A DNA stretch of 64,000 nt, taken from the NCBI RefSeq assembly GCF_004010195.1, contig NC_057719.1, forward strand, positions 15,096,974 to 15,160,973, written 5' to 3'. This document shows positions 48,597 through 61,500 of the stretch, piece by piece; positions within the stretch are counted from its first letter, which is position 1; each line of letters starts with the position of its first letter. The notes beneath the pieces are model-generated. The model saw nothing but the letters and a program-made list of their open reading frames with translations. It was not told the origin of the DNA and did not search any database. Both the position numbers and the translations under genes were made by a program. The stretch comes from Chiloscyllium plagiosum (Eukaryota).

Positions 48597-51500
48597 TTGA
48601 TTAACTTCATGGGTTAGTTTATTTAATTTAGTAAGACACATGACAGGTTTTGAAGCTGCTATTACAGCAAAGCATCTGATTGCTGTTTAGAACATAGAAC
48701 ATAGAAAAGTACAGCACAACACAGGTCCTTCGAAGATTAAACCTAATCTAAAAGAAAATAAGCTAACCTACTCTCCTGTCGCTGCTGTCCATGTGCATGT
48801 CCAGCAGTCACTTAAATGTCCCGAATGACATAAGTTTGTGTGCGTGTTTGTGTGTCTTTATGTAGCTTGTGGACATACAACAGACCAAATGCCTTTTGTC
48901 ACAACATTGTATACATTCAATACTATACCTTGATGCCTCAGGGGCAATTTCTTTTAAAAGAAAGGTGTACATACAACACTATTCTCTTCACAAAAAGTAT
49001 ACATCTATCTAATTCCGAAAAGACATTTGTTAGAAACTTACTCCTTACGTCTTTTCTAGTTTTCTCTCCCTTTCTTTTGACATTTTAAGCTTCTTGATAA
49101 TTTTCTTCATTTCAATACTCTTCCTCCTGGAAATTTTCTCTAAACTTAGCTTGTGATTTCACAATTTCGATCTAAAGCCTCAAGTTGCAAGTCAAAATTA
49201 GCTAGGGAATATGCTAACCTCTCCCTTGAAGATAATCTTGCCCCCATTTGTTTGTCTCTGTTTAGTGGCTAAGACAGACAGGCAGGCAGGCAGGCAGACA
49301 GACAGAGAGAGCACAATGCTGCTTAGATGAACAATTGAACCTTTCTGAACATTGAAGCTTTCTATGGAACCACAAGCAATCTCTGAATTAATGCATGCAG
49401 TACAATACGTCTTTTTACTCTCTTCAAATATTTTGATTATCACAGTCTTTGCCAAGCCATGTACTTAAAGCAAGACTTACATTTATATAGCACCTCATTT
49501 CAACTTGCAAAAACTTTCACAACTAATGAATTACGTATGTGTAGTGGAAATAACATTCCTGCAGAAGGATTATCCAATGCAGTTAGTCAGTACAATATAT
49601 AAAATATATTCAGTGATGAACGAGGGGATATGTCTGAGTCTGTAATAAAACATGAACCCCAGTATTCAAGCGTGGATGAAAGTTTGCAACACACATGTGG
49701 TACAAGAAATGCCAACACAAGAGATGTCACCTCCCTGAGGATTCCTATCACTTGGCTGGTGATCCTTTTCAAAGTGAACTGTGTAAATATTTAAATCAAA
49801 CTGAGTGCATCTCATTCCAAATCAACAAGAACAAACAGGCCATCAAATCATTTTACTACAAAGACATGAGGGAAGAGCTGAACAGATTTGATTGGAAAGA
49901 GAACTTATCAGGGAAGACAGTGAAGCAGCAAAGGCAGGAATTTCTGGGAGTAATTTGGGAAACATAGAAGAAATTTATCCCTCGGAAGAAGAAACATACT
50001 AAGGGGAGGATGAGGCAACCACAGCTGACAAGGAAAATCAGGGACAGCATAAAAACAAAAGAACAAGTAACGTGGTGAAGATTAATGGGAAGCCAGAAGA
50101 TTGGGAGGCCTTACAATTGGCAGAGGACAACTGAAAAAGCAAGAAGGGAGGAGAAGATGAAATATGAGGATAAAGCAGCTAGTTATATAAAAGAAGATTG
50201 CAAGAGTTTTTTTGAGATATATAAAAGGTGAAAACTGCTGTAAAATAGGGCTAGAGAAGTAGTTATAGGGAACAAAGAAATGGCAGTGGAACTGAATAGG
50301 TACATTGCATCAGTCTTCATGGTGGAAGACACCAACAGCTTAATGTAACTTCAAGAGAGTCAGAGGCAGAAGTGAGTGTTGTAGCCATCACTAAGGAAAT
50401 TCAAATTTCCCAGAAAGGATAGACTACACACCAGAGTTCTGAAGGAGATAGCTGAAGCAGAAGAACTGTTGCTGATCTTTAAGGAATTAGTGGAGTCAGG
50501 GAGGGTGCGAGAAGACTTAAAAATGTTTAATGTAACATCCAGTTTCAAAAGGGAGGGAGACAGAAGGTGGGAAATTATAGGCCAGTCATTGGTAAGATTT
50601 TAGAAATCGTCATTAAAGATGAAATTACAGAGAACTTGGAAGTGCATGGTAAATAGGCCTAAGTCAGCATGACATCGTCTAGGGGAAGTCATGTCTGACA
50701 AATCTGTTGGAATTCTTTGAGAGGGTAACAAGCAAGTTAGACAAAGGGGAGCCAGTGGACATGATCTATTTGGATTTCTAGGAGGCCTTTGATAAGACGC
50801 TGAACAGGAAGCTGCTAAATATGATAACATACAATGATATTAGGGGCCGATTTAGAGAACAGAGGATTGGCTGATTGGCAGAAGGCAGAAAGAAATCTTT
50901 TTCAGGATGGCAGCTGGTGACATAGTGGAGTTCTGCAGGGGTCAGTGTTGGGACCATAATTACTCCCATTATATGTTATCAATTTAGATGAAGGAACTGA
51001 AGACATTGTTGCTAAGTTTATAAATGACACAAAGATAGGCAGAGGGACAGGTAGTATTGAGGAGGTAGGGAGGCTGCAGGAGGAATTGAACAGGCTAGGA
51101 AAATAGGCAAAGAAGTGGCAGATGGAATACAATGTCATATTATGAGCCGTGTTTGGTTCCATACATGAAGTACTGCCATTGGATGATGTCCAGAGGAGGT
51201 TTACAAGAATGATCCCAGGACTTAAGAGCTTGTCCTATAAGGAGCAGTTGAGGACTATGCTTCTGTACTCAATGGAGTTTAGAGGAATGAGGGGGATGGA
51301 ATCTCAAAGAACATAGAGCAGTAGAGCATAGGAGAGGGCCCTTCAACCCACAATGCTGTGCTGAACATGATGCCAAATTAAACTAATCCCTTCTGCCTGC
51401 CTTTGGTCCATATCCCCCCATTCCTCGTATATTCATCTGCTTACCAAAAAGTCCTTTAAATGCCCGTATTGTATCCACCTCCACCACACCCAAAGCAGTG

Positions 51501-52683
51501 CGTTCCAGACTCCTACCACTCACTGGGTAAAAAACTTGCCCCTCACCTCTCCTTTGAACTTTCTCCCCTTACCTTAAATACATGCCCCCAGTATTGGACA
51601 TTTCACCTCGGGAAAAAAAGTCTGACAGTCAACCCTATCCATGCATCTTGCAATTTGATAGACTTCTATCAAGTCTCCCCTCAGCTTCTGTCACTCCAGA
51701 GAAAACAAACCAAGTTTTTCTAGCCTCTTCTTATCACTCATATCCTCTAATCCAGGCAGCATCCTGGTAAATCTCTTCTGAACCCTCTCCAAAGCCTTCA
51801 CATCCTTCCTGTAATGTGGCAACCAGAATTGAACACAATACCCTAAATGTGGCCTAATTAAAGACTTATAAAGCTATTATCCTGACTTTGCACTCAGTTC
51901 CCTGACCATAAAGGCAAGCATGTCATTTGCCTTCTTTACCACCTTATCTACTTGTGTAACCACTTTCAGGCAACTTTGGACTTGAACGCCAAAATCCCTT
52001 TGTATATCAATGCTGTTCAGAGTCCTACCATTCAATGCATTCCTTAACATTTGATATCCCACTGTGTAGCACCTCACACTTATCCGAGTTTAACTCCATC
52101 TGCCATTTCTCCACCCATATCTGCTACTGATCGATATCTCGCTATATCCTTTGACAAGCTTCCACGCTTTCACAACACCACCAATCTGTGTATGATCTGC
52201 AAACTTATTAACTCACCCATCTGCATTTGCATCTAAGTCATTTATATATATCACAAACTGCAGAGGTCCAAGTACTGTCCTAGTCGCAGACCTCCAGTCT
52301 GAAAACTACTCTTCCATCACTACCCTCTGCCCCTTACAGGCAAGCCAATTCTGAATCCACACTGCCAAGACCCCATGGATCCCATGCATCTTAATCTTCT
52401 GGATGAGTCTACCATGAGGGACCTTGTCAAAAGCCTTATTAAAATCCATGTAGACAATATCCATTGCTCTACTCTCATCAATCATCTTTGTCACCTCCTC
52501 AAAAAATTCAATCGTTAGTAAGACATGACCTGCCCCACATGAAGTCATGCTGACTATTCCTAATTAGGCCATGCTTTTCCAAATATCTAAATCCTATCCC
52601 TAAAAATTCTCTCCAACAGCACCCCAACCATCAGAGTATAGTTTCATGGATTATCCCTATTTACCATTAGCTACTCGTCATTC

Positions 52684-52844
52684 TGGGCAAAAGTCCTTCA
52701 TCAGGAATGAGCTATTCCTGATGAAGGGCTTTTGCCAGAAATGTCAATTTTCCTACTCCTCAGATGCTGCCTGACCTACTGTGCTTTTGCAGCACTACTC
52801 GAATCTTGACTCTAATCTCCAACACCTGCAGTATCCACTTCTAA
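52684..52844 (+). mobile_element. PLE terminal repeat with short inverted 5' arm; TSD of 12 bp or more
   Basis: ggcaaaagtccttcatcaggaat-gagct-attcctgatgaagggcttttgcc; cattagctactc at 52665-52676 and 52845-52856. Confidence 0.85.
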
Positions 52845-53344
52845 CATTAGCTACTCACCAGTCCTCCAGGACCTCTCCAATGGCTAGTGAAGATATAAAC
52901 ATCATGGTCAGGGCCTCAGCAATCTCCTCTCTAGCCTCTCTCAATAACCTGGGGGAGGTACCATCAGGCCCTGGGGATTTATCCACCTTAATGCTCTTCA
53001 AGATATCCTACACCATTTCTATCTTGATCTCAAAATGCCCGAGCACATTAGTATGCTCCACATTAGTGTCATTCTCTTTCATAGATAGGTGGAGTTGTGG
53101 ACAGTGAGGAAGGCTGTTGTCGGCTGCAGAGGGACTTAGAGCTCTTCAAGATATCCTACACCATTTCTATCTTGATCTCAAAATGCCCGAGCACATTAGT
53201 ATGCTCCACATTAATGTCATTCTCTTTCATATCCCTCTCCTGGGTTGAATACCAACACAAAGTATGCATTTAGGATCTCACTCACATCCTCTGTCTCCAA
53301 GCACAAGTTCCCTCCTTTATCCTTGAGTGATCCTTCCTTCTCGC

Positions 53345-53742
53345 TAGTGGTGTAGCCCGCTTTCTATTTATATGTTTGGGTTTTCTTGGGTTGGTGATGT
53401 CATTTCCTGTGGTGACATCATTTCCTATGGTGATGTCATTTCCTGTTCTTTTTCTCAGAAGGTAGTAAATGGGATCCAAATCAATGTGTTTGGTAATAGA
53501 GTTCCAGTTGGAATACCATACCTCTAGGAAATCTTGTGTGTATCTCTGTTTGGCTTGTCCTTGGATGGATGTGTTGTCCTAGTTGAAGTGGTGTCCTTCC
53601 TCATCCATATGTAAAGATACTATTGAGAATGGATGTGTGGTCCCTAGCATGGTGACGAAATATCTGAAAATGAAACTTCCGGCTCAGCGAGCAAACCTAC
53701 ATCCAGAACCGCAACCTGAGCCACAAATCTTCTCAAAACTCA
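53345..53742. mobile_element. PLE (Poseidon-type) endonuclease C-terminus (-) with inverted terminal repeat (+)
   Basis: Minus SLHMDEEGHHFN*DNTSI.GQAKQR....FLEVWYS..NSITKHIDLDPIY; plus ggtgacgaaa...gctcagcgagcaaacctac. Confidence 0.78.
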
Positions 53743-54489
53743 CTAATTCCATATGTTTCTTTCTTCTTTTTGACTAAATTCACAATCTCCCTTGTTATCC
53801 AAGGGTCCCTTACCTTGCCATCCTTATCCTTCTTCCTTACAGGAACACTCCAGTCCGGAACTCTAATTAGCGGGTCTAAAAACATGTCAAATGTGGACTT
53901 GCCTGATAACAGTTCCTCCAAAACAACTCTCCCTAGCTCCTGCCTAATACTGACGTAATTTGCCCTCCCCCAATTTAGTACCTTCCCACAAGATCCTGAT
54001 TTATCGTTGTTCATAGGTATCTTAAAACTTAATGAGTTGTTTAACTGAGATGAGGAGGAATTTCTTTAGCCAGAGGGTGGTGAATCTTCGGAACTCATTG
54101 CCACACAGGGCTGTGGAGGCCAAGTCATTGAGTGAATTTAAGAGAGAGACAGATAGATTTTGATTGTTAAGATGATCAAGCATTACAAGCAGGAGGTGGG
54201 AGAATAGGTTTGAGAAATACATCAGCCATGATCGAATGGCAGAGCAGTCTCAATGGACTGAATGGCCTAATTCTATTTGATGATCTTTGGGTCTCATGCT
54301 CTTATGGCTGAAGACAACCATTGTGATGCTGCAGACCTCAGAAAAAGCTCAAGATGGATCATCCACTTCCTGCTGAGAGTGCTCGCACAAGTCGGCTTCC
54401 CCTTAATGAGGAATTTTCTTTTCATTCTGGGGCCAGCATTTATTGCCCTTCTCTGTTTGTCCTCGGTAAAAGTGTTCTATTTTCCTCCT

Positions 54490-54700
54490 TAGACAGCACT
54501 TTCCAAACAAATCCTTGATCACTGCAATCCTGAAGGGCAAAGGCAGCACCATCACTTGCAAGTTCTCCTCCAAACTGCAAACCAACCTGACTTGGAAATA
54601 AATTGCCATTCCTTCACCGTCACTGGGTCAAAATCCTCCCTAATACCATTGCATGTTTATCTGCACTTAAAAGACTGCAGTGGTTCAAGAGGTTGCTGAG
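54490..54700 (+). mobile_element. LINE family B 3' fragment
   Basis: agacagcactttccaaac..cctgacttggaaata..gactgcagtggttcaaga. Confidence 0.75.
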
Positions 54701-56483
54701 GGTGGTAAGGTCACAGGATATACTCTGGTGATATCTGTCGCCACACTGCAGACCAAGCTATCCAAATGCTGAAGGTCATAGCTCTGCATTGGCTCTGCAG
54801 AAGTTGGTGAGGGAATCAATACAAAGGGGTGAAAAAAAATGTTTCGAACTTGTCCTCACCTATGTACACGCTGCAAATGGTTATGTCCATTTGTTGCTTG
54901 GAAAGTGCTATCTCAGGAAGTAAATAAAAAAAACTTTGATTTGATATAGCCATGTGAGGCACTTTAACTTTGAGTGTTTATATTGCTGTAACTCTTTTGG
55001 CTATCTTGAAGGCAAACTTTTTCAGCTACATTTCTTGGGAGATGTAGACCAATGCAAATAGGGGCTACTGACAGTCATTTATAAGTATTTTGAACTGTGA
55101 TTAGCCAAGGGTCAAAGCATCTGCAGGTATATCAACGGAGCACAGTATGAAATAGGCATGATCTAAGATCGAGGCAAAAGTTTGTTTGCAACAAACTGAT
55201 GAGTAAATTCATTTTTCAGTTCCTCATCAAAACAGAGGAGTAATTCATTTCCTAGGCTGTCAAGGATAACTTTCTATCCATGACTTAACTTGACCTTTCG
55301 AAGCATACTAACTGCAATTTCATGAAAGTCTTGAACCAAAATATGAATTTGTCTTGTTTCCTAAGATGATGAATAGCACTTTAGTATTTAAAGCATTTTC
55401 CATGTTTCTTAAGCTCAATCAGAATCTGTCTTCCAGTAATGTGTCAAGTGCTGTTCAGTCAGTTTAAAGATAGCTTCATTTTTCTTTCATGAAGTTTAAC
55501 CAAGCACTGGGAATGTGATTTAACTAAAATATGTTGTGTTCTGTCAATGCATATTCAAAAGGGATGAGTTTTAGAAATCACCAGTTTTGCAGAGTAGAGG
55601 ATTACAAAACACCATCTGGTATGGAAGAATTGTGGACTGTGTTGAGGAATAAAGGGAAATATTTAAAAGATGTGTCGCAGTATTCATTGATGGAAAAAGT
55701 ATTAAAAGGATAATGAATAACACAGGATCTTAAGAAAGCTACAAATGGCACAGGTATATTTCACTTGTTCAGTGTAGAAACAAACCTGCAATCACCCATT
55801 ACAACATCCAAATATTTTCTTAGGCGATTACAAGGTTTATTCTTCCGTTATCCTGCTCAAAACTCCATTCCATGTGTTGCTCATTCTTTGTGTTAAGAAA
55901 CTTCTCATATCAATCCCAAATCTTTCCCTTCCCAGCACTGAATCTATTTCTCTTGGTGGACAGTTATAGTTTAACTTGAAATAATGAGTAATGTGCCTAG
56001 TCACTTCATACCAGTTACTATTACATATCTATGTCACCTCTCTTTCAATCCATCAATTCCAAATTTATTGTTTTACAGTTCAACCTTCTGGGATCATTGG
56101 TATCTCTTTCCTGCACTGCTTTGCCATTGTCCCAGTGACCAAAACTGGACAATATTTTTGAAGACCAGAGTGATGGACAATATGAGGATGACATTTTATA
56201 CCACACTAACCTGACTATATAACTGAACGTTCTTTGGGGTTGTTAATTTCTGCTGTGAAATGACTAAATGTGCTAACCACTAAGGCCAGAGAAGAAGGAA
56301 CTGTGCTGTTCTTGTTCACACCCATATTTGGGCATTAGCCTTTAGTGTCAGAGAGTCTTTACAGCATTGAAAGAGGCCCTTTGGCCCATCATACCCATGC
56401 CAGTCATCAACCATCCCTGCACTCTAATGCTATTTTCCAACATTTGGCTCACAGCTTTCTATCGCTTGGTGTCTCATCGAAAC

Positions 56484-56613
56484 AGGAGAAAGTGAGAACT
56501 TAAGATGGAGAGTCAGACTCGAAAAGTGTGGCACTGGAAAAGCACAGCAGATCAGGCAGCATCTGAGGAGTAGGAGTGTCGATGTTTTGGGCATAAGCCC
56601 TTCACCAGGAATG
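56484..56613 (-). mobile_element. Solo PLE terminal repeat (family A), decayed hammerhead
   Basis: ggagaaagtgag..ctggaaaagcacagcag..gggcataagcccttcaccaggaat. Confidence 0.82.
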
Positions 56614-56869
56614 CCTTTATTTTAGCTGCTACTCATTCTGTACAGAGCTAATGGTTCTGGTGGTTGACTTGAGGCCCATGACCTTGAAGGTTCTCTGTCA
56701 ATGAAAGAACCGTGATAATAAATTTAAATTTAAACTTGGAAGACTTCCCACTTCTCGAGGTACATGAGACAGGTCACTCATCTGTAAGCCACAGGTTACA
56801 GTTAAAGGGGCAATACTCTACATTAAACATGGCGAACCAGCATTATCTTCCAGACTTCTTGACTGCCAT

Positions 56870-57690
56870 AGACATGGGTTGAGGAGTGGCAGATGGAGTT
56901 TAATTTAGATAAATGTGAGGCGCTGCATTTTGGCAAGACAAATCAGAGCAGGACTTATATACTTCATGGTAAGGTCCTGAGGAGTGTTGCTGAACAAAGA
57001 GATCTTGGAGTGTGGGTTCATTGTTCCTTGAAAGTAGAGTCACAGGTAGCTAGGATAGTGAAGAAGGCGTTTGGTATGCTTTTCTTTATTGGACAGAGCA
57101 TTGAGTATAGGAGTTGAGAGGTCATGTTGCGGCCGTACAGGACATTGGTTAGGCCACTTTTAGAATATTGTGTACAATTCTGATTTCCCTCCTATTGGAA
57201 GGATATTGTGAAACATGAAAGGGTTCAGAAAAGATTTACAAGAATGTTGCTAGGGTTGGAGGGATTGATTTACAAAGAGAGGCTGAATAGGCTGGTGCTG
57301 TTTTACCTGGAGCGTGGAGACTGAAGGGTGACCTTATAAAAGTTTATAAAATAATGAGGGGCATAGATAGGGTAAATAGATAAAGTCTTTTCCCTGGGGT
57401 GGGGGAGTCCAGAGCTAGAGGGCATAGGTTTAAGGTGAGAGGGGAAAAATTTAAAAGGGACTACTTTATCACGCAGAGGGTGATGCGTTTATGGAATGAG
57501 CTGCCAGGGGAAGTGGTGTGAACTGGTACAATTACACCATTTAAGAGGCATCTGGATGGGTATATGACTAGGAAGGGTTTACAGGGATTTGGGCCAAGTG
57601 CTGGCAAATGGGACTAGATTAGGTTAGGATATCTGTTCAGCAAGGATGAGTTTGACAGAAGGGTCAAACATCTCTAAGACTCTATAACTG
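56870..57690 (+). mobile_element. CR1 3' fragment
   Basis: MEFNLDKCEALHFGK..QRDLGV; close relative of 6336-7107. Confidence 0.93.
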
Positions 57691-57874
57691 GAAGAATCTA
57701 CATGTTGACAATCAATCTGATCGCTTACATCACAAATGCACCTTCAGTGATTGTTAAATCATGGTATTTTGTTCAGAAGTAGGGGGACTATTCACAGTGT
57801 ACAAAGACCCCTACTCATGACAATAGGACAATACTTTAATAAGATAAATGCACAAAGATGCTTGACTTTGATTA

Positions 57875-58830
57875 TAGAAACAAAGAAACATAGGAACAGA
57901 AATAGGCCATTCAACCCCACAAGCCTGTTCCATCATTCAGTGAGATCATGGTTTATCTGTAGCCTAACAACACATACCTATCTTTGGCTCATATCCCTTA
58001 ATATCTTTGATTAACAAAAATGTATCTATCTCAGATTTAAAATGAACAACTGATGTAGCATCAATTGCTGTTTGTGGAAGATAGCTCCAAACACCTACTA
58101 TCTTTTGTGTGTAGAAATGCTTCATACCATCTCTCCTGAACGTCTGGCCTATTTTTTAGACTATGTCTTTTAGTTTTAGAATTCCCAATCAATAGAAATA
58201 GTTTATTTTTATTTCTCCTGTCTTTTTCTGTGAATATCCTGAGGACTTCAATCAAATCACCCCTTAACCTTCTAAGTTCTAGAGAAAACAGGCCTAATTA
58301 GTATAACGTCTCCTCATAACTTAATCTCTAAAGTCCAGGTATCATTCTTGTGAACTACGTTGTACTCCCTCCAAGGCCAATATATCCCTCCTAGGATTTG
58401 CTCTCAGTACTCCACGTGGGATCTAACCAGGATTTTGTACAACTGCAGCATAACTCCTGTTTCTTATAATCTAGTCTTCCAAATTAAAAAGGCCAGAATT
58501 CTGTTCACCTACTTGGCTATTTCCTGCACCTGTTTGTGGCACTTTCAAGATCTATGTAAAAGAATACCCAATTATCTTTGGACATCCATTATATTCAACT
58601 TCATCCTATCTAGAAAGTAGATCTGATCTCTTCTTTCTTGGTACAAAATGGATAACCCTACATTTGTTTAAGTTGAACTCCATCTGCCACAGTTTTGCTC
58701 ATTCACTTAGCCTATCAATATCCCTTTGTAATTTAATGCTATCACCTACACTGTCTACAATACTGCCTAACTTTGTGTCATCAGTAAATTTGGATGTATG
58801 ACTTTCTATGACAGTATCCAAGTTATTAAT
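57875..58830 (-). mobile_element. CR1 3' fragment
   Basis: KFTDDTK, WQMEFN, LGLFSLELRRLRGDLIEV on the minus strand. Confidence 0.88.
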
Positions 58831-59399
58831 TTATCATATTACCTAGAAATATGTAGCCTGAATTGGAATTATAATTGGATCGGAATTTCTATGAACTCTA
58901 GATAAAAAGTTGTCATCAATGTTCCCACTTAATCACTCATTCACCAATTCCTGATTACTCAAACATAGCAGAATTGATTTCGCCAGTACAGCAATTTCAC
59001 ACAAAATTGAGGCAGCTTGTAAAAATCCATTACTCGATGTTACAGAAATTTGGCAGTAAGTTGAATGTGTTTCATGTACTGGGCTTTGAACACAAGATAA
59101 TTGTGGAACATGTTACACTTGGACTAGGTTTTTCTATTTAAATATTATCCTTGGATCAGAATTCCTACACAATGGGAGTGAATGGGAAACTTTTTGGTTC
59201 TATACTTGGATTAAAATTGCATTTAGATTAGGTATCCAGCTTGTATGTTTAAGAGTTTATGGTGCTCAAGGACATTTATAAGTGGCGTTGGGGGGAGCTG
59301 ATTTTGCTGTGGTACATATATGTCAGATTTCCAGCTTTAACCGAGTCCGCAACAAAATGTGGGATGTCAATGAAATAAATTGAACATATTTTTAATGCA

Positions 59400-59990
59400 T
59401 TTGTTGCTCTTTCTGAACTGCCCTTGAGAAGTTGGAGGTGAGCCACCTTGACATAGAGTCATCCAGTAGAGAAACAGACCCTTCGGTCCAACCAGTCCAT
59501 GCTGAACATAATCCCAAATTAAACTAGTTGCACCTACCTATTCCTGGCTCATAGCCCTCCAAATCTTTCCTATTCATGTACTTATCCAAATGTCTTTTAA
59601 GTATTGCATTGTACCCACATCCACCACTTCCTCAGGAAGTTCATTCCACACATGAACTACCTTCTGTGTAAAAAGAAATTGCTTCTCATGTCTTTTTTTT
59701 AAATCTCTCTCCTCTCACCTTAAAAATGTGCCCCTTAGTCTTGAAATCCACCATCCTAAGGAAAAAGACAACTATCCTGAGTGGTACAGGTCATCTTTTG
59801 GATGATGTTGTTGAAAATTCTTTGTGGTGATCTTGTATGTGGCATTCAATGCAGCCAGAGTGGTCATTTTCTGATGTTGGATGGAGTATTGATTAAGCAG
59901 GTTGGAATGTATTGAGCTTTTTGAGTGCAGTTGGAGTTGTATTCATCCCAAACAAATAAAAAGAATTCCATCATACTCCCCTGTGTTGTG
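59400..59990 (-). mobile_element. Old LINE family B remnant with nested CR1 tail (about 59452-59775)
   Basis: gcccttgagaag.tgg.ggtgagcc; acagacccttcggtccaacc; ttgttgga-like gttggagttgtattcatcc. Confidence 0.72.
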
Positions 59991-60239
59991 GAATTACAAG
60001 CTAATGCAGAATTCTTATAACACTAACTCAAAGAAGTAATTGGGCATAATGGATTTCTGCTGAAACAATTTTTGAACGGTCCACTTAAGACCTGGATTAT
60101 CAAGTCTAAACTGTACAGCAATTGAATCTAGAAGTCTGAATAAGGAAAATCATTATGTCATTATGGGATTGAAATCTATTACCGGTTGAGTCCAATATTT
60201 ACACAATGTTTACTGCTAGTGCCTTTCATAGAAAAATGT

Positions 60240-61500
60240 ATGCACACTGTTTGGATTGAAATGCAGTCATATACAAATGTGCTTCCTCGTTTGTCGTACT
60301 CATGTGATCTCTACCATGAGGGAGCCATCTTATCTTACTGACACTTCAATAAAGAACTCATTCCAACCAGACTGCTGTGCTTAGAAGATGGTGAGGAGTG
60401 CAGCTGAGATTGAAGGTGTAATACACAGCTACCGACAGAGAGACATTTATAGCAAACACTGCTATAAAGCTACTGAAATAAAGTAAAATTCAACAAAGAA
60501 AAAGGACACCGTTGAAACACAGAGGAAAGAAAATGACTAGAGCTTTCCCTCTTCCAGCTCTGGTCAGAATGAAAGGAGACTTGAAGAGAAAACTAGCATT
60601 TCTTTTCCACACACAATGGCAAACCAATTACATAGCAACAGATTTGTTGACCAAGCCAAAGAAGGTATATGTGTCACTACAATCTTAACATAGTTGTGAA
60701 GAGACTATTGCAAAATATATTCGACCCTGAATCTCTCTGATGAGCTGAAAAGCAAACTGCAGAAATTTGAAAGCCCTGAAGGCACAGTTGTAGCCCAAAT
60801 GAACATAACTTACAAATGGTACGAAGTGAAAGTGATTCAATTTATCAATATATGACCTCATTAACTCAGCCTGAAGGCTCTGCTTATTGTGCACAATTAG
60901 AGAAAATAATCTCATGAAAGAGGGATTTTATCAGGCACAAAAGATCCTGCATTGAGACCTTGTCTAATGAGAGAAGAAATGCTCACTCTTAGGAAAGGAA
61001 TTGACACGTGCAGAAGTGCACGTTCGGGAAGCAAATACAGTATATTCGTTACAGAGCAGAATAGGTCCTGTATTATACTGGTTGATAGTCAGTCCCAAGA
61101 ACAAAACAATCACAGATAAAAGAAAGGGCTCAAACACTGCAGAGAGAAGAAGCAGGCACATCTGGAATGGAGAATGCAGTGTTCTCACTGCAAAAAGCTG
61201 AATCATTTTGCAGACATGTGTATGGTCAAAAGCAAGCACAAAGATCAAGTACATATGGCCACTGGAGAGATATCACCTGAAGATTCTGATGAATCCTTCC
61301 ACACAATACAACTGTTTCATTCAGTCAAGTGGACAGATGATACACGGTTTATGAATTGATTGAGCACTGCAGAAGGAGATCATCAGGTCAACATAGCAAG
61401 GTAGACACCAGTACATCATGTGATGATCCGACCTTCACAGATCTGTGCAAAGTGGCTCAACATTGTGAATCCAGAAAAAAGACCCTCTAAAATAATATTG
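60240..61500 (+). mobile_element. Ty3/Gypsy LTR retrotransposon relic (probable LTR, gag, zinc knuckle, protease start)
   Basis: AATAAA at about 60348 and a TGG PBS-like start at about 60389. MKGDL..NYIATDL; LMREEMLTLRKGIDTCRSA; CSHCKKLNHFADMC (CX2CX4HX4C); KVDTSTSC resembling the protease K.DTGA.C motif. Confidence 0.75.

Larger units (their letters stand above)
51306..54035 (-). mobile_element. CR1 ORF2 fragment with nested PLE insertions
   Basis: MDIVYMDFNKAFDKVPHGRLIQKI, KSPGPDG, LNWGRANYVSIRQEL; tail at 51306-51350. Confidence 0.9.
49855..54305 (+). mobile_element. Decayed CR1 ORF2 (49855-51305, resuming 54040-54305), split by an antisense CR1
   Basis: GNYRPV, DMIYLDF.EAFDK, QGSVLGP, KFINDTKIG; the 3' part FFSQRVVNLRNSLP lies after the insert. 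Confidence 0.85.

Noticed and set aside
49270..49312. (CAGA/CAGG)n tract
   Set aside because: Ordinary short microsatellite.
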